From assembly GCA_036676985.1 (NCBI GenBank), contig JAKFBU010000026.1, positions 160,001-224,000 on the forward strand: a stretch of DNA of 64,000 bases, read 5' to 3'. Source of the stretch: Candidatus Sericytochromatia bacterium (lineage in GTDB: Bacteria > Cyanobacteriota > Sericytochromatia > S15B-MN24 > UBA4093). The position numbers were made by a program, and so were the translations under genes. Shown here in pieces: positions 17,848 through 25,766 of the stretch (within the stretch, counting starts at the first letter, position 1; every line of letters starts with the position of its first letter). Below the pieces are notes generated by a model. The model searched no databases. It was not told the DNA's origin and worked only from the letters and a program-made list of their open reading frames with translations.

Positions 17848-19337
17848 CAGCTCACCCCGGCGAGGTTCTGGTTCGCCGGGTTGCGCTTGGCGGCCTCGCG
17901 GGCGTACTGGAACGTCCAGTTGGTCGGCGCGTGCCAGGCGGCATGCTTGGCCACCTTGAGGGCCTCGATGGCCTTGGCGAAGAAGCCGCGCGCCTCGGAG
18001 TAGCCTCGCGTGCGGCGGGTCAGCTCGAGCTCGCCCTGGGCCCACTTGTAGGCGAGGCGCACCATGGGCTTGTCGAGGTAGCGGGTGCGCACCACGCAGG
18101 CCGTGCCGCCCAGGTCGTGGTAGTCGGTCTTGCGGTCCACGTGCCCCATGGTCTCGGCCTCGGTGCGGTAGACCGTGCCCAGGTACGGCGTCATCAAGGA
18201 GACGGAGTAGTTCATGGGCAGGTGCTGGGCGAGCCGCACGGTCGCGACCACGCTCTCGAAGGACTCGGAGGTCGAGCCCACGACCATGAAGCCCGTCAGC
18301 TCGATGCCGAGCTCCTTGCAGAGCTCCACGTTCTTGAGCGTGAGCTTGAGGGCGTCGGGGTGCTGGTGGATCTCGCGGAGGATGGTGGGATCCGCCGACT
18401 CGATGCCCGTCATGAGGCGCTTGAGACCGCCCTTGGCGAGGAGCTTGATGGTCTCGGCGTCCAGGCTCTCGAGGTCGGTCTCGATGACCCACTTGAAGCC
18501 GTACCGGCGCTCGGACATGGCCTCGGCGATGGCGCGCAGGCGCTTTTTCACAAGCCCGATGTTCGGGTCGCGGGCCTGCAGGAAGACGGCCCCCATGGTC
18601 TTGAGGTAGTCGAGCTCAGCGAGCACGCTCTCGAGGGACCGGGCACGCCACGGGCCGCCCTGGTGCACGTAGTACGGGCACATGGAGCAGGCCTTGGGGC
18701 AGCCGCGGCTCGAGAGGATGTAGTAGGTCGCCCCCTCGGCGGTGCCGTCCGGGCTGTAGCGTCGCATGTCGACCAGGTGCCAGGCCGGGAAGGGCAGGCT
18801 ATCCAGGTCCTTGGCATCCTGGAGGAGCCAGCCCACGGGCGCGAAGGGCACCTGTGGGGTCCAGACGTGCATGTTGTGGGTGCCCGCAAGGAAGTCGCCG
18901 ATGAGCGCCTCGGGCTCGCCGAAGAACACGCCGTCCAGCCCGCAGTCCTGGATCCACTGCTCGTGGGTGGTCTGGACGACGTTGCCGAACACGAAGACCC
19001 GGCGCTCCGGGTGCGCGCTCTTGATGAGCCTGGCGAGCGTGAGGTCCTCTTGCAGGCTGGGCAGGCTGAGCCGCACGCCGATCACGTCGGGGGCGGCCTG
19101 GTCCAGCTTGAGCAGGAGGGCCGTGCGCTTGATCTTCTCGGCGCAGGCGTCGGTGATGGCGACCTCGGCTCCCGCCTTCTCGGCGACCGCCGCGGCGTAC
19201 ATGAGGTCCATGGGCGGAGTGAAGGCCCGGTACCGGTAACGGCGGTTGATGGGGAACATGGTGCCGAGGCCGCCGGCCTTGTCCCGGTCGCTGATGTAGC
19301 CCGGAATCTCGGGAGGGTTGATCAGGTGGACGCGCAT
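17847..19337 (-). CDS. Cobalamin-binding-domain radical SAM protein
   Basis: N-terminal B12-binding-like region ('PPMDLMYAAA'), 'DLDSLPFPAW', 'SRGCPKACSMC', 'GIES'. Confidence 0.85.
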   Translation of the reverse strand: MRVHLINPPEIPGYISDRDKAGGLGTMFPINRRYRYRAFTPPMDLMYAAAVAEKAGAEVAITDACAEKIKRTALLLKLDQAAPDVIGVRLSLPSLQEDLTLARLIKSAHPERRVFVFGNVVQTTHEQWIQDCGLDGVFFGEPEALIGDFLAGTHNMHVWTPQVPFAPVGWLLQDAKDLDSLPFPAWHLVDMRRYSPDGTAEGATYYILSSRGCPKACSMCPYYVHQGGPWRARSLESVLAELDYLKTMGAVFLQARDPNIGLVKKRLRAIAEAMSERRYGFKWVIETDLESLDAETIKLLAKGGLKRLMTGIESADPTILREIHQHPDALKLTLKNVELCKELGIELTGFMVVGSTSESFESVVATVRLAQHLPMNYSVSLMTPYLGTVYRTEAETMGHVDRKTDYHDLGGTACVVRTRYLDKPMVRLAYKWAQGELELTRRTRGYSEARGFFAKAIEALKVAKHAAWHAPTNWTFQYAREAAKRNPANQNLAGVS

Positions 19338-19349
19338 GGGGCCTCCTTC

Positions 19350-20720
19350 TTACCGGCCGATGCCGGAATACGCGAACCCGGCGGCCTGGGCCGCCTCCGG
19401 CAAGAGCGCATTACGTCCGTCGAGCAGGAAGGGCGTTCGGACCACCCCCCTCAGCCGTGCGAGGTCGAGGGTCGTGAACTCGGGCCACTCGGTGGCGATG
19501 ACCACGGCGTCGGCCCCGGTCGATGCCTGGTAGGGACAGGGAAAGGTCAACAGCGCCGGCAGCTGGGCCTTGGCGGCCTCTCCGGCCACCGGGTCGTACG
19601 CCCGGACCTTGGCCCCCAGGCGGATGAGCTGCATGGCGAGCGTCATGGCGGGCGCATCGCGCAGGTCGTCGGTGTGGGGCTTGAACGAGAGCCCCAAGAG
19701 GGTGATGGTCTTGCCCTTGAGGACCTTGAGCTGGTGCTGGAGCTTGGCGAGCGCGAAGTGGCGCTGGCGCAGGTTGGTCTCCTGCACGGACTTGAGGAGC
19801 TGGGCGTCGTAGCCGTACTCCTTGGCGATGTGGATCAGGGCCGAGACGTCCTTGGGGAAGCAGCTGCCGCCCCAGCCGAGCCCGGCGTTGAGGAACTGGG
19901 TGCCGATCCGGGCGTCGAGCCCCATGCCGAGGGCCACACGGGTCATGTCGGCGCCCACCCGCTCGCAGAGGTTCGCGATCTCGTTGGCAAAGGAGATCTT
20001 GGCGGCGAGAAAGGCGTTGGCCGCGTACTTGATCATCTCGGCCGAGGTGAGGTCCGTGACGACAAACGGGATCTCGGGGCCGCCCTCGGGCAGCTGGCCC
20101 GGCAGATGGCGCCGGATGATGGGCTCGTAGAGCTCGCGCATGAGCGCCACGGCCCGGGAGCTCTGGCTGCCCACCACGATCCGGTCCGGGAAGAAGGTGT
20201 CGTGGATGGCGGAGCCCTCGCGCAGAAACTCCGGGTTGGAGACCACGTCGAAGGGCGCGTCCTGGAGGGCGAGGCCGCCGCCCGCCGTGGCGAGCTGCAT
20301 GGCGCCCATGCCGTCCTGGACGAGCATGGCCACCCAGTCGCCCGAGCCCACGGGCACCGTGCTCTTGTTGACGATGACCTTGTAGCCGTTGAGGGCACCA
20401 CCGATGGCACGGGCCACGGCCTCGACGGCCGAGAGGTCCGGCTCGCCCGAAGGCATGGCGGGCGTGCCCACGGTGATGAAGACGATCTCGGAGCGCTGGA
20501 CCGCCTGGTGGAGGTCCGTGGTGAACGCGAGGTGACCGGTGAGGCTGTGGATGCCTACGAGTTCCTCGAGCCCAGGTTCGTAGATGGGGATCTGACCCTG
20601 TTCCAATCGGGCGATCTTGGTCTGGTCGTTGTCGACGCAAACGACGTCGTGGCCGATTTCCGCGAGGCAGGCTCCCGTTACCAGCCCAACGTAACCGGTC
20701 CCGATCACACAAACGTGCAT
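19350..20720 (-). CDS. ugd: UDP-glucose 6-dehydrogenase
   Basis: 'GTGYVGL', 'KSTVPVG', 'SNPEFLREG', 'GGSCFPKD'; GGAGG RBS before ATG 20720. Confidence 0.93.
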   Translation of the reverse strand: MHVCVIGTGYVGLVTGACLAEIGHDVVCVDNDQTKIARLEQGQIPIYEPGLEELVGIHSLTGHLAFTTDLHQAVQRSEIVFITVGTPAMPSGEPDLSAVEAVARAIGGALNGYKVIVNKSTVPVGSGDWVAMLVQDGMGAMQLATAGGGLALQDAPFDVVSNPEFLREGSAIHDTFFPDRIVVGSQSSRAVALMRELYEPIIRRHLPGQLPEGGPEIPFVVTDLTSAEMIKYAANAFLAAKISFANEIANLCERVGADMTRVALGMGLDARIGTQFLNAGLGWGGSCFPKDVSALIHIAKEYGYDAQLLKSVQETNLRQRHFALAKLQHQLKVLKGKTITLLGLSFKPHTDDLRDAPAMTLAMQLIRLGAKVRAYDPVAGEAAKAQLPALLTFPCPYQASTGADAVVIATEWPEFTTLDLARLRGVVRTPFLLDGRNALLPEAAQAAGFAYSGIGR

Positions 20721-20955
20721 GTCGGCCTCCGCATGACGAGCGAGGGGGGATGTCCGGGGCAATGTTGCGGGGCATGATGGGTCAAACGTTACAATAATTC
20801 ACGTTGCGGGCGATCGGCGTGAGCGCCTAAAGATCCGGTGCGTCTCGTCCATGCCCCTTGCGGCACGCGGCTCGGCCGGAGGACCCTCGCTTGACCGGCT
20901 GCCCCGGCGCCCGTAGGATCGAGGCCGCTTTGCCTGCTTTCTGGAGGGGGCCCGC

Positions 20956-21879
20956 TTGAACGCGTTCGAGATCTTCGTCCCGGCCACCTCGGCCAACCTG
21001 GGCCCCGGCTTCGACTGCATGGGCCTCGCCCTGCCCTTCGGCAGCCGCTTCCGGGTGCAGGTGGCCCCAGATGGCCGATCCTCGTACCGCATGGACGGCG
21101 TGGAGTCCGACCTGCCTCCCGAGCGCAACCTGTTTCTCGTGGCGGCCCAGCGCATGGCCGACGTGTTGCACGCGGAGCTGCCCGCCCTGGACGTCGCGGT
21201 CCAGTCGGAGATCCCGCTGGCGCGCGGCCTCGGCTCGAGCGCGAGTGCGGTGGTCGCGGGCCTCAAGGCGGTGGACCACCTGTTTTCGGCGCGCTGGGAC
21301 CAGAGCGACTTCCTGCGACTCGCCACCGAGCTCGAGGGCCATCCCGACAACGTGGCCCCGGCCATCTACGGGGGGCTGTGCGTGGCCGTGGGAGGCCGTG
21401 AGGGCCCGATCTGCGCCCCCCTCCCCCTGCACGAGCCGCCGAGCCTGGTGGTGGCGATCCCCGAGTTCGAACTTTCGACCGCAAAGGCCCGCGCTGCCTT
21501 GCCCGCCGTTGTATCTCTGCAGGATGCGGTCTATAATGTGGGGCGCGCAGCCCTGTTGACTGCCGCTTTGGTTTCGGGGTGGCGCGAGTGCTTGCCCGAA
21601 GCCCTCTCGGATCGCCTCCACCAACCCTACCGCGAGGCCCTCATCCCCGGCATGCCGCAGGTGGTCGCTGCGGCCAAGGCGGCGGGCGCCTGGGGCGTCA
21701 CGCTCTCGGGGGCGGGGCCGACCTTGCTGGCCTGGTGTCGTGAGGACGTCCGGGAACAAGTGGCGGAAGGCATGGTGGCTGCTTGGGCCGGGGCCGGCAT
21801 CGCGGCCTATGCCCGGGCGGCGGACATCAGTCGACGCGGCATGACCATAGGTCCGGCCTCCGGGTCGGCAAGAGGATAG
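20956..21879 (+). CDS. thrB: Homoserine kinase
   Basis: 'PATSANLGPGFD', 'IPLARGLGSS', 'EGHPDN', 'SGAGPT'. Confidence 0.95.
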   Translation: MNAFEIFVPATSANLGPGFDCMGLALPFGSRFRVQVAPDGRSSYRMDGVESDLPPERNLFLVAAQRMADVLHAELPALDVAVQSEIPLARGLGSSASAVVAGLKAVDHLFSARWDQSDFLRLATELEGHPDNVAPAIYGGLCVAVGGREGPICAPLPLHEPPSLVVAIPEFELSTAKARAALPAVVSLQDAVYNVGRAALLTAALVSGWRECLPEALSDRLHQPYREALIPGMPQVVAAAKAAGAWGVTLSGAGPTLLAWCREDVREQVAEGMVAAWAGAGIAAYARAADISRRGMTIGPASGSARG

Positions 21880-21881
21880 CC

Positions 21882-23126
21882 ATGGCATTGATCGTTCAAA
21901 AGTTCGGCGGCTCGTCGGTCGGCGACGTCGAGCGGATCCGCAACGTGGCCCGGCGCGTGGCCCAGACCCGGCGCGAGGGCAACGACGTGGTCGTCGTCGT
22001 CTCGGCGATGGGCAAGACCACCGACGGCCTCGTGAAGCTCATGAGCGACATCTCGGCGGACCCCAACCCCCGCGAGGTCGACATGCTGCTCGCCACCGGC
22101 GAGCAGGTCTCCATCGCCCTGCTGGCCCAGGCGCTCATGGAGCTCGGCGTGCCTGCTGTTAGCCTGACGGGCTGGCAGGCCGGCATCGTCACGGATCCCG
22201 TGCACAAGAACGCCCCCATCAAGCGCATCGACACCACCAAGCTCAAGGAGCTCCTGGGCCAGGGCTACGTGGTCGTGGTCGCGGGCTTCCAGGGGGCGAC
22301 GGAGGCGGGCGCCATCACGACCCTGGGCCGCGGGGGCTCGGACACGACGGCCGTGGCCCTGGCTGCTGCCCTCAAGGCCGACTTCTGCGACATCTTCACG
22401 GACGTGGACGGGGTCTACACCGCCGACCCGCGGGTGGTGCCCCAGGCGCGCATGCATGCCGAGATCTCGTACGACGAGATGCTCGAGCTCGCGAGCCTCG
22501 GCGCCAAGGTCCTGCATCCGCGATCGGTCGAGTACGCCAAGCATGCCAACCTGTTCCTGCGGGTCCGCTCGAGCTTCAACGAGGGATACGGGACGGTGGT
22601 CAAGGGAGTGGAACAGTTGGAAAAGCAGAACCCGGTCAGCGGGGTGGCCGCCGACCTCAAGCAAGCCAAGCTCGCCGTGCTGCGCGTCCCCGATCGCCCG
22701 GGGGTGGCGGCCCAGCTCTTCAACGCGCTGGCAAGCAAGCACATCGACGTGGACATGATCATCCAGAGCGCGCACGCTCAGGACACCAACGACATCGCCT
22801 TCACCGTGAGCGAGGATGACCTCGGCCGCGCCAAGCAGGTGGTCAACGAGGTGGCCGACGCGCTGGGGGCCGCGGGCGTCATCGCCGCGGGTGGGGTGGC
22901 CAAGGTCTCGATCGTGGGGGCCGGCATGATCAACCATCCCGGCACGGCGGCGACCATGTTCGCGGCCCTGGCCGACGCGGGCATCAACATCCATATGATC
23001 TCGACCTCCGAGATCAAGGTCTCGTGCGTCATCGACCGCGAGCAGGCCAACGAGGCCGTGCGCGTCATCCACGAGCGCTTCGCCCTGGACGCGGAGAACG
23101 CTCCGGTCGTGACGGGACAGAGCTAA
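21882..23126 (+). CDS. lysC: Aspartate kinase (alpha2beta2 type, two ACT domains)
   Basis: 'VQKFGGSSV', 'TTLGRGGSDTTA', 'TDVDGVYTADP', 'ISTSEIKVS'. Confidence 0.95.
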   Translation: MALIVQKFGGSSVGDVERIRNVARRVAQTRREGNDVVVVVSAMGKTTDGLVKLMSDISADPNPREVDMLLATGEQVSIALLAQALMELGVPAVSLTGWQAGIVTDPVHKNAPIKRIDTTKLKELLGQGYVVVVAGFQGATEAGAITTLGRGGSDTTAVALAAALKADFCDIFTDVDGVYTADPRVVPQARMHAEISYDEMLELASLGAKVLHPRSVEYAKHANLFLRVRSSFNEGYGTVVKGVEQLEKQNPVSGVAADLKQAKLAVLRVPDRPGVAAQLFNALASKHIDVDMIIQSAHAQDTNDIAFTVSEDDLGRAKQVVNEVADALGAAGVIAAGGVAKVSIVGAGMINHPGTAATMFAALADAGINIHMISTSEIKVSCVIDREQANEAVRVIHERFALDAENAPVVTGQS

Positions 23127-23129
23127 AGC

Positions 23130-23155
23130 TTAAGTCGCACTTAATCGGGGCTTAA
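23130..23155. promoter_or_regulatory. TTAA-N7-TTAA-N7-TTAA direct-repeat operator-like array
   Basis: TTAA at 23130, 23141 and 23152 (exact 11-bp period). Confidence 0.55.
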
Positions 23156-23219
23156 GAACCTCCCTTGACCACTCCCGGGATAACGGGAGTGGTTAAGCTT
23201 TCTTTAGGAGGTGCATGGG

Positions 23220-24296
23220 ATGAAGTCCCTTCGTCATATGGCCCTGGCGCTGGCGGCGGCGGTGGCGCTCGCAGGCTGCGGCGCGAGCCCCGCGACCCCG
23301 AACGTGAACCGGCAGGCGTCCCAGCAGGTGGATGCCCAGAGCCAGGAGGGCCTCAAGGCGGCCCTGAAGGTGTACCTCACCAACCTCTACCGGCGCCTCG
23401 ATCAGAATGGGGACGGCAAGCTCACGCAGGCGGAGGCGTCGGCCTTCTTCACGCCGGAGCAGTTCGCGAACCTGAACCTCAACGGCAACCCGTACCTGAC
23501 GTTGAACGAGCTGCTCAACAACCGGACGTTCTTGACCAAGGCGATCGCGAAGCTGCGCGACTACGCCAAGGAGACGATGGCCCTTCTCGACGGGAACCAG
23601 GACGGCCGGGTCTCGTGGCCCGAGTACCTGGCGTCGATCAACGCGAACGCGACCATCACGACCGGCGAGAAGACCTACGCCCAGCTGGCCTTCAACCTCT
23701 CGGACCGCAACCATGACGGTTACCTCGTGCTCGACGAGTACGAGGACATGGTGAGCATGGCGCAGGCCCAGGCGGCAGGCACGGCCGCGACGATCATGGA
23801 CGCCTTCGGCAAGGCGCAGGCGCACGTGGCCGCGAAGTACGGTGCGGGACTCATTCCCATGGGGCTCTCGGTGCGGTGGATGAACAAGTACGGGCAGTTC
23901 ACCCGCGACGAGGGGGCCTACGGCTTCATCTACTGGAGCCCGCTCGAGGGTCAGGGGAACCGGTACAACGAGATCCTGGTCAAGGTCTACCAGGACAAGG
24001 AGCCCGCGTCGGCGCGCGACGTGAAGGCCGTGCACACGGTGGACGCTCCGCCCGCGGCCATCGACTACGGCAAGCTGATCACCCCGACGCAGGCCATCGA
24101 AGCGGCTTTGAAGGCGGGGGTGCCCACGGTGGGCGATCGCACGAGCTACTTCATCCAGTACGTGGCGGCTTCGGGGGGCATGCCGGATCGGATCTACGTG
24201 GATTCGTACCAGGTGCTGTCGAGCGGGGACAACCGCCTGGGCGGCATCACGCTGGAGGCCGCGACCGGGGCGGCGATGAGCGCGGTGACGAAGTAA
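23220..24296 (+). CDS. Lipoprotein with four EF-hand-like loops and a PepSY-like C-terminus
   Basis: Lipobox LAGC; loops DQNGDGKLTQAE, NLNGNPYLTLNE, DGNQDGRVSWPE, DRNHDGYLVLDE; 'ITPTQAIEAALK...LEAATG'. Confidence 0.8.
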   Translation: MKSLRHMALALAAAVALAGCGASPATPNVNRQASQQVDAQSQEGLKAALKVYLTNLYRRLDQNGDGKLTQAEASAFFTPEQFANLNLNGNPYLTLNELLNNRTFLTKAIAKLRDYAKETMALLDGNQDGRVSWPEYLASINANATITTGEKTYAQLAFNLSDRNHDGYLVLDEYEDMVSMAQAQAAGTAATIMDAFGKAQAHVAAKYGAGLIPMGLSVRWMNKYGQFTRDEGAYGFIYWSPLEGQGNRYNEILVKVYQDKEPASARDVKAVHTVDAPPAAIDYGKLITPTQAIEAALKAGVPTVGDRTSYFIQYVAASGGMPDRIYVDSYQVLSSGDNRLGGITLEAATGAAMSAVTK

Positions 24297-24308
24297 CGAT
24301 TATGGTCG

Positions 24309-24345
24309 AGGCCCTCCGGCGATTGCCGGAGGGCCTGTTTTTTTT
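24309..24345 (+). terminator. Rho-independent terminator
   Basis: AGGCCCTCCGGC-gatt-GCCGGAGGGCCT followed by T8. Confidence 0.9.
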
Positions 24346-24349
24346 CTAA

Positions 24350-24385
24350 GGAGGACCCCTCCGGCCCCCCCTCTAGAGGGGGGGA
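24350..24385 (+). repeat. REP-like family A, copy 1 (C7-TCTAGA-G7 core)
   Basis: GGAGGACCCCTCCGGCCCCCCCTCTAGAGGGGGGGA. Confidence 0.8.
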
Positions 24386-24416
24386 GGGGTCATGGGTGGG
24401 GGAGAGCAGGGCTACT

Positions 24417-24497
24417 CCTTAGGATCTCGGGTGAAACTTCCCCTCCCGCGGGCTTCGCCTTAGGATCTTGGGTGAAACTTCCGCTCCCGCGGACTTC
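24417..24497 (+). repeat. 41-bp tandem duplication between the inverted REP copies
   Basis: CCTTAGGATCT(C/T)GGGTGAAACTTCC(C/G)CTCCCGCGG(G/A)CTTC twice, starting at 24417 and 24458. Confidence 0.85.
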
Positions 24498-24533
24498 CCC
24501 CCCTCTAGAGGGGGGGCTAGGGGGGGTACCTCC
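24496..24533 (-). repeat. REP-like family A, copy 2 (inverted)
   Basis: Reverse complement GGAGGTACCCCCCCTAGCCCCCCCTCTAGAGGGGGGGA. Confidence 0.8.
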
Positions 24534-24544
24534 TTGTTCCCTAC

Positions 24545-25075
24545 CTAGCGTCCGGCCCGCTGGTCCACGATCGGCGCGAAGGTCACGGGCTTGTCCGACC
24601 GCGCCATCGCCACGTAGTGCGTCGGATAGCCGATGTCGTCCGTCACCGCGGCGTCGCTCGCCGGCAGCCGGCGCACGGCATGCACCACGAAGCGACTGGG
24701 CTCTTCCTCGATGGAGACGATCTCCACGCGGATGGCCCCGGTGGGCTGCGCCCCCAGCTGCACCAGCACGCCCTGCTCCCGCGCGAAGTCCAGCTGGATG
24801 GTCCCCGGGTCGTTGTGGGGATGCCGCGAGAGGAAGCCTTCCCAGTCGGCCTGCGAGCGGATCACCGCGTTCTCGGCTGCACCGTCGTACATGATGTGCA
24901 CGCCCTGCAAGACCGTCCGGAACGGCACCGCCTGGGTGGCGTAGGGCTTTGTCGCCGGCGTCGGAGAGGTCACGGCCGCGGGGTTCGCGGACTCACGGCT
25001 CGCGGCCTGATCCTTCTGGTGGTGACAGCCCGCGATCGCAAGGGCCAGCAGGACGAACAGCATGGGATGCGGCAT
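24545..25075 (-). CDS. Lipoprotein with PrcB C-terminal-like domain
   Basis: Lipobox IAGC; 'DFAREQ..LVQLGAQPTG..RVEI.SI', 'TDDIGYP.HYV'. Confidence 0.7.
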   Translation of the reverse strand: MPHPMLFVLLALAIAGCHHQKDQAASRESANPAAVTSPTPATKPYATQAVPFRTVLQGVHIMYDGAAENAVIRSQADWEGFLSRHPHNDPGTIQLDFAREQGVLVQLGAQPTGAIRVEIVSIEEEPSRFVVHAVRRLPASDAAVTDDIGYPTHYVAMARSDKPVTFAPIVDQRAGR

Positions 25076-25145
25076 CGGAAACCCTCCTCTCGAGGTCCCT
25101 CGATCATGCCACAGGCGTCGCTTGTTCGGCTTGGGCCCCGCAACC

Positions 25146-25173
25146 AAAAAGTGCCCGGCATTCGCCGGGCACT
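25146..25173 (-). terminator. Rho-independent terminator
   Basis: Minus strand AGTGCCCGGC-gaat-GCCGGGCAC-TTTTT. Confidence 0.75.
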
Positions 25174-25192
25174 CGCAGGTCGTCGGGAGGCG

Positions 25193-25699
25193 CTACCACT
25201 CCAGCATGACGCCGACGGTGCCGCCCGGCTCCAGGGTCGGCGAGCGGCGGTTCGAGTGGAACGACAGCGTGTAGCCCAGGCCGAAGTTGATCGAGAGGTT
25301 CTCGCCCCAGAACCAATCCACGCCGCCGCCGACGGGGATGCCCAGGTCCATGCCGCTGGCGCCGTAGGTGCTGCCGTACATGGCGGCACCCACCCCGGAG
25401 AGGGCGTAGGCCCGCAGGTTGCCGTTGCGGAACAGCTCCTTCATGACCTGACCGCCCGGGTTGAAGAAGTAGTAGTCCGTCAGGACGAGAGGGAACGCCG
25501 CGACCTGGAAGCCCCAGCCGTTATCCAGCCAGCGCCGGTAGGCAAAGCCCGAGCCCGAGAGCCAGGACATCTGGATGCCCACCCCCTGGGTGCCGGCCTT
25601 GGTCTGCCCGGGCGTCTGGGCGGGCACCTGGGCATAGGCGGGCAAGGTCGTTCCAGCGAGCAGAGCGAGTGTTGCGGCGGTCAAAAGGCTGCGTTTCAT
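25193..25699 (-). CDS. Secreted small outer-membrane beta-barrel-like protein
   Basis: Signal peptide (AYA), alternating Gly/aromatic strands, C-terminal W; GAGGAG RBS. Confidence 0.65.
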   Translation of the reverse strand: MKRSLLTAATLALLAGTTLPAYAQVPAQTPGQTKAGTQGVGIQMSWLSGSGFAYRRWLDNGWGFQVAAFPLVLTDYYFFNPGGQVMKELFRNGNLRAYALSGVGAAMYGSTYGASGMDLGIPVGGGVDWFWGENLSINFGLGYTLSFHSNRRSPTLEPGGTVGVMLEW

Positions 25700-25766
25700 G
25701 GGGTTCTCCTCGTGACAAAGGGCCTGTGCCCTGCTTGTACCCAGAACCCTTGCTCGGTAACGCGCC

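Noticed and set aside
24417-24497. Possible mini CRISPR array
   Set aside because: The two 41-bp units are directly adjacent with no spacer, and there are no cas genes; this is a tandem duplication
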